This document shows positions 53,395-64,000 of a DNA stretch of 64,000 nt, one piece after another (the stretch's first letter is position 1; the number at the start of each line of letters is the position of its first letter). Made by a program: the position numbers and the translations under genes. The DNA comes from Chiloscyllium plagiosum (taxonomy: Eukaryota). The notes beneath the pieces were generated by a model. The model ran no database searches. It was not told the origin of the DNA and was given only the letters and a program-made list of their open reading frames with translations. The stretch covers positions 80,969,212 to 81,033,211 of the forward strand of contig NC_057719.1 of the NCBI RefSeq assembly GCF_004010195.1, written 5' to 3'.

Positions 53395-54100
53395 AACATA
53401 AAAGTTGGAGCAGGACTAGGCCATTTGGCCCTTTGAACCTGCTCCGCCATTCAATATGATCATTTAACTCTGATCCCTGTTTCCACTTTCACCCCATACC
53501 CCTTGATCCCTTTAGCCCAAAGAACTATATCTATCTCCTTCTTGAAATCATTCAATGTTTTTGCCTCAAATGGTTTCTGTGGCAGAGAATTCCACAGGTT
53601 CACCAGTGGAGAAATTTCTCCTCATCTCAGTTCTAAATGGCCTATCCCAATGGCGGCACGGTGGCACAGTGGTTAGCACTGCTGCCTCACAGCGCCAGAG
53701 ACCCGGGTTCAATTCCCGCCTCAGGCGACTGACTGTGTGGACTTTGCACGTTCTCCCCGTGTCTGCGTGGGTTTCCTCCGGGTGCTCCGGTTTCCTCCCA
53801 CAGTCCAAAGATGTGCAGGTCAGGTGAATTGGCCATGCTAAATTGCCCGTAGTGTTAGGTAAGGGGTAAATGTAGGGGTATGGGTGGGTTACGCTTCGGC
53901 GGGTCGGTGTGGACTTGTTGGGCCGAAGGGCCTGTTTCCACACTGTAATGTAATCTAATCTAAATCCTTAGACTGTGACCCCTGGTTCTGCACTCCCCAG
54001 TCATTCATGAATATCCTTCCTGCATATATCCCATATAGCCCTGTTAGTATTTTAAAGGTTTCTATGGATCATTCTTACTCATTTAAACTCCAGTGAATAT
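53395..54100 (-). mobile_element. CR1 3' fragment hosting a SINE
   Basis: CR1 sequence resumes (atccttagactgtgacccctgg) after the SINE tail. Confidence 0.85.
53652..53963 (+). mobile_element. Full-length young HE1-type tRNA-derived V-SINE
   Basis: A-box TGGCACAGTGG, B-box GGTTCAATTCC, V-domain, CR1-like 3' end and (TAATC)n tail. Confidence 0.93.
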
Positions 54101-54109
54101 AGTTCGAAC

Positions 54110-54296
54110 AGCCTCATTCCTGATGAAGGGCTTATGCCTGAAATGTCGATTCTCCTGCTCCTCAGATGTTGCCTGACCTGCTGTGCTTTTCCAGCAGCAC
54201 ACTTGACTCTGATCTCCAGCATCTGCAATCCTCACTCTCTCCTCCCTGCTCCTCAGATGCTGCCTGATTGGCTGTGCTTTTCCAGCACCACACTCG
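54110..54296 (+). mobile_element. Partial-tandem PLE pLTR fragment starting at an HHR core
   Basis: CTGATGAAGGGCTTATGCCTGAAATGTC, then a partially repeated unit (ctgctcctcagatg...ttttccagca x2). Confidence 0.78.
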
Positions 54297-54814
54297 TACC
54301 TCTGAAGAAAGCTGATGGAACAAAGCAAAAGGATAAGAAAGTGGTAATCGCCATATGAACTGAAATAAAGCCCTTGTGGAGAACAGCAGGAAAGAATATA
54401 AATTAATACTGAAAAGGAAATTTCTGTTTGATGGTTGGAGAATACTGAATACCTTCATCCCTTTTAAGTCTCTCCCCTGCTGAACAAGCGAGCTGAAAGT
54501 ATTCCAAAGTGCATTATTTACTCTGCTCTCAGGATAACTATACATGACTCTTGAAAATACAGATCGGGCAGCGAAATCCGAATGAGTATTTGCCACAATG
54601 GAATTGCTGACAGGGTGGGCAGGTTAAAGTTAAGTCTGTATCTGGCTTCAGTGATCAGCACATTCCTTGTTTAGGGCTTTTCTTAACAAAAAAAGATCAA
54701 TCGCAATCACAACGATGGACAAGATAAATTGACATGACCTAGTTTCAGGACTCAGTATTAAAAGTGACTCAGCTGAACAGCTACTTAGCTGTAGCTCGTT
54801 TACTTTTAGTCAAA

Positions 54815-56985
54815 CTTATAGAACATCGAACATACAACAGTACAGCATAAGACAGGCCCTTGACCTTTTATCCTACTCTCAGACCACACTCAACCTACAT
54901 ACCCTTCATTTTACTATCATCCATGTGCCTATCCAAGACACTTCTAAATGTCCCTAATGTATCTGACTCTACTACCATTGTTGGCAGTACATTCCACACA
55001 CCCACCACTCTCTGTAAAGAACCTACCTCTGACATCTCCCCTAAACCTTCCTCCAATAACCTTAAAATTATGTCCTCCCATGATAGTTATTTCTGTCCTG
55101 GGAAAATGTCTCTGGCTATCTACTCTATCTATGCCTCTCATCATCTTGTACACCTCTATCAGGTCACCTCTCACCCTTCTTCACTCCAATGAGAAAAGCC
55201 CTAGCTCCCTCAAACTTCCTTCATAAGACATGCCCTCCAGTCCAGACAGCATCCTGGTTAATCTCCTCTGCACCCTCTCTAAAGCTTCCACATCCTTCCT
55301 ATGATCAGGCAACCAGAATTGAACACAATATTCCAAGTGTGCTCTAACCAGGGCTCTATAGAGCTGCAGCATAACCTCGCAGCTCTTAAACTCAATCCCC
55401 CTGCTAATGAAAGCCAACACACCATATGCCTTCTTAACAACCCTTTCAACTTGGATGGCATCTTTGAGGGATCTATGGACATGGAATCCTAGGATCCCTC
55501 TGTTCCGCCACATTACCAAGAATCCTGCCTTTAACCCTGTATTCTGCATTCAAATTCATCCTTCCAAAATGAATTACTTCACTCTTTTTCAGCTTGAACT
55601 CCACCTGCCAAAACTTATCAGCCCAGTTCTGCATCCTGTCAATGTCCTGCTGCAACTTACAATAGCTCTCCACACAATTCAACACTGCACCACCTTCATG
55701 TCATTGGCAAACTTACTAACCCATTCTTCCACTTCCTCATCTAAGTCATTTATAAAAATCACAAACAGCAGATATCCTAGAATCGATCCCTGTGGAACAC
55801 CACTAGTCACCAAGCTCCATGTTGAAAACTTTCCATCTCCTCCCACCCTCTGTCTTCTATAGGCCAGTCAATTCTGTATCCAGACAGCCAAATCTCTCTG
55901 TATCCCATACCTCCTTACTTTCTGAATGAGCCTACCATGGGGAACCTTATCACTGAAGAAGGGCTTATGCCCGAAACGTCGATCCTCCTGTTCCCTGGAT
56001 GCTGCCTGACCTGCTGCGCTTTTCCAGCAACACATTTCCAGCTCGAACCTTATCAAACGCCTTACAAAAATCCATGTACACCACATCCACTACTCTACCT
56101 TCATCAATGTGTTTTATCACATCCTCAAAGAATTCAATAAGGTTTGTGAGGCATAACCTGCCCCTCACAAAGCCAAGATGACTATCTGTAATCAAGCTAT
56201 GCTTTTCCAAATAATCATAAGCCCTGTCTCTCAGAATCCTCTCCGATAATTTGCTCATCAGTGACATAAGACTGACTGGTCTGTAATTCTCAGCGTTATC
56301 CCTATTGCTTTTCTTGAACAAGGGAATAACATTTGCCACCTTCTAAACATCTGGTACTACTCCAGTAGACAGGGAGGACGCAAAGATCTTTGTCAAAGAT
56401 GCAGTAACCTCTTCCCTTGTTTCTCATTTTTAAATTTTGGGTATATCTCATCTGGCCTGGGGACTTACCTATCCTCATATTTTTCAAAGTTTCCAGCACA
56501 TCTTCCTTCCTAACATCAACATGTTTGCACGTGTCAGTCTGTTTCGTGCTGTCCTCACAAACGACAAGGTCCCTCTTCCTAGTGAATACTGAAGCAAATT
56601 CATTAAGGACCTCTCCTACCTCCTTTGACTCCATGCGCAAGTTCTCTCCACTATCCTTGATTGGCCCTATCCTTACTCTTGTTCTTCACATAGCTGTAGA
56701 ACACCTTCAGGTTTTCCTTAATCCTACCCGCCAAGCCTTTTTCATGCCCATTTCTCATTCTCCTAAGTCATTCTTCCTGGCTACCTTCCACTCCACTAGA
56801 ACCCTGTCTGAACCTTACTTTCTCAACCGTAAGCTTCCTTCTTCCTCTTGACTGGATGTTCCACATCCCTGGTCACCCAAGGTTCCTTCATCCTACCAGC
56901 CCTTCCTTGCCTCAGTGGGTCAAACCTATCCAGCACTCGCAGCAAGTGCTCCCTAAACAATCTCCACATTTCTTCCCTACATTTA
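54815..56985 (-). mobile_element. CR1 LINE 3' half
   Basis: NYRPVSL, LCLTNLIEFF, LVRAHLEYCVQFW and RGDLIEVYK motifs. Confidence 0.93.
55953..56044 (+). mobile_element. 92-bp PLE-derived insertion starting exactly at the HHR core, inside a CR1 RT
   Basis: 11-bp TSD GAACCTTATCA (55942-55952 and 56045-56055); CTGAAGA-A-GGGC-TTAT-GCCC-GAAAC-GTC at 55953-55980. Confidence 0.88.
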
Positions 56986-59112
56986 ATGTCCATTTATGTG
57001 GTGCTTTTCACATCTTCGGGACTCCCCTTTCTGATGAATTACTTAGTCACTTTTTAAAGTTTTATTTTAGCCGTTCTGTGCACAGAATTCTGTTGAACAA
57101 CTGCTTTCTAGTTTTAGACAGTGTTGGTTGAAGATAAATGTTGAACAGGACACACAGAAAACTTCCAGAGTGTCTTTCGCATTCACTTCAACAGGTGGAT
57201 GGGGTCTCATTTAGCATCTGATCTGAAAGACTGCATCTCAAGCCTTGCTGTCAACTCCTGGAATAGATTGCAACCATAGTTGGGAGGCAGATATTTGTCC
57301 TGGTCGTTATACAAGTGTTTCAGCTGTCTCGCCCTCAATCCTTGTGTGCCCTATATTTCAACGCCTGCCCTGTAATAATCTTCCATGCTACCTCACACCC
57401 TAACATCTCTACAGCCATTCAAACAGTATCCATGCCCAGAGCTCAGGAATTAGGAACCATTTGAATTTTTTTAAGAATGGCTAACAATCTAGTAGAACTC
57501 ACATTCATACAAATCTAACACTGAAAATAACTCTCATCCACAGACAAATTGAAATATTTTGCATTCCAAGTTTCTAATCAATGATAAAAACCTGCTTTTG
57601 AGAAATGTCAATCAAGAGCTCGATTGAAATTTCAAGAACAGATGAAAATTTTTATTTAACCTAAAAGAGGTGCCCCTACAGTCAAAGCAAAGAGTTTTTA
57701 AAAGAATTTTTGTTGACTGCTTCAGCCTTTTATTTCTATTTTAAAGGGGTGGGGATTAAAAAATTCATTTCAATATATTCACCTGTTTAAGAATACGTAA
57801 GGGTAATCCAACAATTTGTGAATTAAAGCCCTTGGTACAGTGAAAATGCGGCTGGTGTGAACTCAGTAGCATCAGGTAAATTAGTGCTCAGTTCGGTTTT
57901 CAACCTGTGTCATTCTCATCCCTCTCCTCCATTGCAAAATGGGACCTCCATATCCAGGTCCAGCCCATTTTTAAAGGTCTCCAGAGCTCTCAAAAGTCTG
58001 GCCCCAGACTTATGGTTAAAAACCTAACACCAAGTCAGTTTGACACTTGATTTCATGCACATCATCTCATTCTTTGCACTGTTCCCAGCAATTGCAATTA
58101 AATATAATGATGAGGCATTTCTACAGCATTTTTCACCACCCCAGAATGTCTCAAAGTGCTCTAAAACAATTAAATATTTTTGAAACGTAGTCACTATGTA
58201 ACATGGTAAACACAGAAACCAATTTGTGCAGAGCAAGTTTCCTAGAAAACGTGATAAAATATGTTCTTCAGCAATTTTGGTTGTGGGATAAACACTATCA
58301 GAGCACTGTATAAAACATGACTTTTCTTTTTGAAAATGGTGTTTGGTTTTCACTGCAGACACTCAACTGGTCTCTGCTTAATGCTTAATTCATCAGTATC
58401 ATTCCAAATTCTATGTCCAAGTCTCTGGAATAGGACTTGAACATAAAAGATCCAAGTCCGATACCCTGGGCTGGCTGAAGTGATAACTTAATGTCTTGGT
58501 TTCTTGTGTGGTTTTATGTAGTGGTAGGAACTAATAGGATGAGACATCCGAGTTAAATAGTTTCGTCGACAGGGGAGTGACCCCACTTAACGATTGAAGG
58601 TTAAACAGCCGTAGAAAGTGCAAAGGATGTGAACCATCCAGACCTAGGAGATGATTTAAACAAACCAACAGAAGAACTCTTTAGGAAATATATATTCTCT
58701 CAAGATATCTCAAGCAATATAGATAATGAATTACTTTGAAATACAGTCAGCCTTGGTATGTAAACATTTGACTGTCAAATTGGTGACTGCAAATGGCCTT
58801 TATTTGAGTCATCATCTTGAAATGATTACCATTATCTCTAAGATAAAATTCTAATATTTAAAGTATCCTGGCAAAACACAATGGAGCTATTGAAGAGACG
58901 GAAAACTACAAAACGTCGTGGTCTGGTGTCAGCTAAACACAGAAATAGCATTTATTCTAAGAGGTACCTACATTATTCAACAATACATATGTAAGGATTC
59001 ACCACAATGCAGAAATACTCTGTAGTGATCTGCTCAAGGAGACTAATCAATCAGTAAAAATGTTCTGTGCATATCATATACTAATCCAATTCAACATATC
59101 ATCTGTTCAACT

Positions 59113-59815
59113 TACCATATAAACTCAAGAAAAAGTTGATCTCATGTAAAAGTCGACCCCCTATTTTTAGCCAAAGCATCTAGAATTTTCCATACATCTC
59201 GGGTAAAAGTCGACCCTAGTTCTTCACAGATAACAGGTAAACATTTGAAAGTCAAGAAATTATCCTGTACATAAATGTTATTATGAGGAAATGATTTTTT
59301 TTCATGCTATTATGTGTTTTGATGTACTATTCACACCAATTTGATGTAAAAGTTTAAGATGCATCAGGATAGAGTCAAGTGACAACATCCCTTTGACTGC
59401 AGCTGAGCTGAGCTCAGTTCCCCTCTCGCACTCGTGGAGTACAGTCACATACCGAGTTGAACAGTGATTTTGCAAGATTTTAATGAACTTTTGAATTTGA
59501 CATGTTTAAGATGTACCATGTAATTGTAATTTAAAGCCGTATTATATTTCTACTTCACTTTTTGAATGTATAAACAAAAGCTTACAAATTCATTTTTGTT
59601 TCTATGGTCTTTATCTGGTAATTGGCATAATTCATTGTGTTTTTTTTCTTATTTGTTTAGAGATCAGTGGGGCTTCTGCTAATGACATGGTATTTTGGAT
59701 GGTAGGATGAAGTTCAACCCCTTTAAAAGTAGTATCCAAGTTATAGTCGAAGCCATAAATTTAAATTTAAAAAATAAAGTCTAAAAATTCAATTTTTATA
59801 TGAGTATATATGGTT
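59113..59815. mobile_element. Non-autonomous Tc1/mariner-superfamily (pogo/Tc2-like) DNA transposon (MITE)
   Basis: Imperfect TIRs TACCATATAAACTCAAGAAAAAGTTGA and (reverse complement) AACCATATATACTCATATAAAAATTGA; subterminal GTAAAAGTCGACCC x2; no transposase ORF. Confidence 0.65.
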
Positions 59816-61275
59816 GTGAAATATATTTAAATAAATCGTTACACTGCCAGCATATTTTTATTCCTTGTATCTTTTTTGGGGAGGGTCCTGTGTACTAGAA
59901 CAGGAGTACTAGAACAGGCTATGGTTGTCGTCTACTCTCCTTCTCTCCCCTGAAACAGTCTGGGTACAATGGAAATCCAGAATCAGTGTAACGAAAGCTG
60001 TGCAGTCACATCTGGAGGCAACTTTACATTGCCTTCACTGATCTCACCATGCAAGCAGAAGCAATCTATTTAAGCTGAGGAAAATTGGCTGTCTGCTGAA
60101 ACTTCCTAGTGTGATCTCCTCTTTCCATGATAGCATGCTGGGTTGGGTCAGTTACACCAGGGCAACATCACAACACTGAGTTGCATAGTCGTCAGACAAG
60201 GTTGTGTTCTAGCGCCAATATGCTTTGGCATATTCTCTTTACTGCTGTATGCCTTCAGTTCATTCACATATCATGACTGATATCAATGAGGCCTCAGTAT
60301 TCATTGAAAACTAATTGCTGGCCAGGACACAGCAAGGGACTTCCATAGCCTTCTTCAAAAGTGTCTGTCGATCTTTCACTCAAATCAAGATAGTCGGTCA
60401 AACAGATTGGGTTGGCATTTCTTTCAACAGTACAATGGTCCCTCATTAGTACACTGTAATGTCGGCTAGATTTTGTGCTTGAACCTGCAGATTCAGAGAC
60501 AATCGACAATGTAAGTCAACTGAGAGAATGATTGTTTGCCTAATGAATGAGAACTACTTGGATCATGTGATCTGCCCATTTCTCAACAACTAAATAATGG
60601 GATGGGATTCCTAAAGATGGACAGAAGCAAAATGCTGTGTGTAAGTGGCTCATGAGATCATCTGCTCAGGGAACTAAATTGGGTGATGGGAGAAAAATAT
60701 TCAGGCACAAGACAATTAACTTATATTTGTAAATGATGTGTTTATTGAAGGCTCACTTGGTAAACCGTTTGCAACAAAGAATCAGGAATGTACATGCATC
60801 ACATTTAGTCAGTGTTAACCCAAGACATGATTACATGGGATGAACAACTACAACGTGTTAAGAAAGATGCGTCCTCCTGTAGAAGGGCTGGGCTCAAACT
60901 GGACCCGCAGAACTACACAAACGTTATAACAGAAATTTTCATTTTCGGACAATGCAGAGAAAGATTTTTATTCTGAAACCACTTTTCTACTAATGAAATG
61001 AATCAAATATTTGGAAAGCCCCCATCTATTTTCTGGGAAACATGAATTAGCTTTGAAAACTGTATAAAAGCTAAAATATATTTTACTGTTCTGATCGGTT
61101 CTGGATGAGCAACTCTGACAAAATCTGATTATGTGATCCTCAAAAGCAGGTACAATGACTAACCTGCAGTATTCCAGATGGTATGTACTGAGATTGGAAG
61201 TTCCCTCTGCTATTGTAAACTGTTGCATCTCTCAAGCAGAAGATTCACTTATGCCTCTGGTTCAAATATATTGTT

Positions 61276-61410
61276 TTTATTTAAAAAATATTTTTTTTAA
61301 ATAAAGCCCTAATTTAAAAATGTACTTTCAGTGACATTGTACCAGATGTTATATTTGCAAACCAAACCTCTAAAATGTGTTAAAATTTGATAATTGTTCA
61401 GTGTTTTATT
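61276..61410 (-). promoter_or_regulatory. Candidate EXD2 polyadenylation signals (AATAAA on minus at 61405-61410 and 61276-61281)
   Basis: TTTATT on the plus strand, 180-320 nt downstream of the stop codon, in AT-rich 3' UTR-like sequence. Confidence 0.4.
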
Positions 61411-61592
61411 TAACTGTTCACCGTTTCAGCAGCTCTCTCCCACCTTCATAAATTTAATTAAAAAAAACTTGCAGTCCTTCCCAGTGCTTCACGAGTAGGT
61501 TGATACAAGTGGCTCATGCATCAGCATTGATCATTTCCACAGTCTTGAGAAGCAATTGCAAAAATAAAACAAAGAACTGAATTGCATCTTCT

Positions 61593-61809
61593 TTACGTCA
61601 ACTCGATCTTCAGGTCCTCCCCATACTTGCGGATGAGCTTGCTGTGATTGTGATCCACAGACCACATGGGTGGAAGGTGCCGGGGCTGCATGTAGTCCAG
61701 GAAATGCTGGCGCCAACGTTTTTCTAAAGACATTAGGGCTCGGAGACCGCCAACTGCACAGGACTGTGTCACTTTCAGACCATGAGGGACATAGCTCTCA
61801 TTGAATACC
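61593..61809 (-). CDS. EXD2: EXD2 terminal coding exon (217 nt including TAA)
   Basis: Acceptor tcctctctcag|G; phase fits the previous exon (CG|G = Arg). Encodes VFNESYVPHGLKV...WRQHFLDYMQPRHLPPMWSVDHNHSKLIRKYGEDLKIELT*, resembling the EXD2 C-terminus. Confidence 0.96.
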
Positions 61810-63355
61810 CTGAGAGAGGATAAAAGAGAAGTGGATAAATGCAAAGTCATTAGATTCATGCATCATACCTCATGTCAGGGCAAAATTCACATTAGAATTT
61901 AAAAGTCACAAGAATCCTCTAAGTAGAAAGAAATACATGGTTGTGCTGATACACTTGATGACGCTTCATAAATACCAGTTGGGCCAAATGGATCGTTTCC
62001 ATGATGCCTGTTCTTTGTGATTTTGATGATGAAATTAATATAGCAGCATCATGTTAGGGAACAAAGAAAAACTTTGCAACTAAAGTCCCAGCAATCACAT
62101 TAAGGCAAAGCTTCCTCTGATTTACCTCCAAAAATGCACTTTAGTCTGCAACCTTAGATTGACCCTTGACACACACACCCAGGGTTTCAAATTCCCCACC
62201 AATTACTGTTGTAGTCCCAGTAAAACCATTGACCATTTGGAACTAGGCAGTGGATCTATCTTTATCTTCTCACAGTCACTACATATCACTCACCTATCAA
62301 ACTAAAGCAGGTTGTCTGGTGATTGTCACATCATTGTTTGCGAAACATTGCAAATTTCCCCGATTATAATAGTGACACACTGCTGTCTGTGCTGACACAC
62401 TGCACTATGAAAATGGAAGCCTTTTGTTTTATAATTGAAGATTATTTTCCAACATGAAGAGAAGGAATATATGACTGATACTTCTGAAGTGGATTCCAGT
62501 GAGCTTACTGGAAAATGAAGGCATCAATATAGAACAGCAGTCATAGAGGAAGATTTAGGCAATGCTTTACCAAAAATAAAATGTATTAAATAATCAACTG
62601 TAAGTCCAATACTAAACTCAAGTTCACCAGAGGACAGTTAATTACTTCCTTGTACTTCAGTGCACATAAAATGATCTGGATTTTTAATGTTGAATATGAG
62701 GGTTACGATGAATGCCCCCATTCCAACTGTAGCATGGAATATCACCCATTGGGAGATACATGTATAATGCATTGACATTTGTTTCTTTGTCTATAAAATT
62801 GTAGGTCCATTTCCCAGCTGATCAAGGTTTCATGAGGGGAAGGAAGCAATTCAGCAGTTTAATTCTTATTTGCAGTAAGTCTTCTTCACCTGCCAATCCT
62901 TTGCTCACTGACCTATGCCAATTCCCAATCTGTCAACACTATGATTTTAAAGTCATCTTCTTTATGTCCCTGGTTTCACCCCTTTATACCTGCAATAACC
63001 TCTTTCTCCAGACCCCAAACCCTTAGGGTACCTTGCTTTCAACTAATTCTGGGTCTCTTGCGTATCCTATCACTCCAGAAATGGCTGCCAAGCCTTCAGT
63101 TCTCTGGGCTCTGGAACATCCTCCTCAAACCTCTGCCTTGTGCACATTCTCTCTCTCGCTCTCTAAGGCATACCTCAAAATGAACTTCTTACAGACTAAT
63201 CTTTTTTAGTCATCAGCTCTACTGCCTCATGTGGCTGGTTGTTACTCATTAAGGTCCCTGAGAACCATTTTGGGATGTTCTTACTACACTTAAAGCACAA
63301 GATAACTGTAAATTGCTTAGAGTAAAGGTAAGATTGGAATCAAAAGTTCTCTCAC

Positions 63356-63712
63356 CGCGTTTCCAGTGACGCTCCTTCTTCAAGGATCTCCCTTGTCAAT
63401 GTCTCCTTACCATAGAAAGCCTTCAGAATATCCTGAAGCTCTTTCCTCCGAGTCTGGGGAAGGCCCTCAGCACGCAGCAAGGCCCGTGCTCCAGAACGCA
63501 CCCGCCTGCGACCCGGATCCTCCAGTAGGCGAACACTTTCCTCACAACCAATCGGTGCATTGAACTCTGCAGCCAGCTGCTGCTTTAGAACATTGTCATA
63601 ATAGTTCGAGGTGGCATGGCAGGCAGTGCATAAGAGCAGGACGTCGTGAGAATTGTGGTCTTTCATTTGGACCGGGAAGTGTCTCCGGTATTCATGGGGA
63701 ACAATGTTCTTC
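63356..63712 (-). CDS. EXD2: Exonuclease 3'-5' domain-containing protein 2, penultimate coding exon (357 nt, phase 2-2)
   Basis: Translates to KNIVPHEYRRHFPVQMKDHNSHDVLLLCTACHATSNYYDNVLKQQLAAEF...GASLETR, matching the vertebrate EXD2 C-terminal (HNH-like) region as I recall it. Acceptor ttctttag|G, donor ACGCG|gtgag. Confidence 0.96.
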
Positions 63713-64000
63713 CTAAAGAAGCACAAATCATTGAATTTTAGATAAAATAGTTGGAATGAAAACTGAAAATATGGGTTACCCAAAGTAGCCAGAATGGGAA
63801 TGATTGAGTAATGTTTGCATTAATCACACCTTGAGAAACTATAACTTCACATTAGTATGTATCTATCACTCTACGCTCATTGATCTGCACTGGCATCCAG
63901 TCTGGCAACACGTCAATATTAAAAGAAATGCCTTTCCTCAAATACCTCAGTCTTAACTTTCCCTTTCTCCTTGAGTACTATAACCCTCTGATACACACTG

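Noticed and set aside
53652..53725. tRNA-like sequence with A and B boxes
   Set aside because: It is the head of a SINE, not a tRNA gene.
54162..54596. 144-aa minus-strand ORF
   Set aside because: Non-ATG start, C-terminal part is a PLE repeat, and no recognisable homology.

Overview
Repeat-rich eukaryotic genomic DNA, almost certainly from a shark or other elasmobranch (HE1/V-type tRNA SINEs plus CR1/HER1-type LINEs), with two N gaps (15773-16062 and 47167-47666). The only host gene I recognise is EXD2: its last two coding exons lie on the minus strand (63712-63356 and 61809-61593), with canonical splice sites and a stop codon. The remaining ~61 kb is mostly decayed retroelements: many CR1 LINE pieces (one full-length copy at 3858-8305 nested in an older CR1), tRNA-derived SINEs, Deu-domain-like SINEs, a Tc1/mariner-pogo-type MITE and Penelope-like elements (PLEs). 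The most notable pattern is at least four sequence families of short (90-560 bp) PLE-terminal-repeat insertions carrying minimal hammerhead ribozyme (HHR) cores (CUGANGA...GAAA..NUH). Several are flanked by 11-15 bp target-site duplications, and their 5' ends or fold-back apices repeatedly fall at the ribozyme. Most ORFs in the supplied track are transposon fragments or noise. Repeat boundaries are approximate unless a TSD is quoted.
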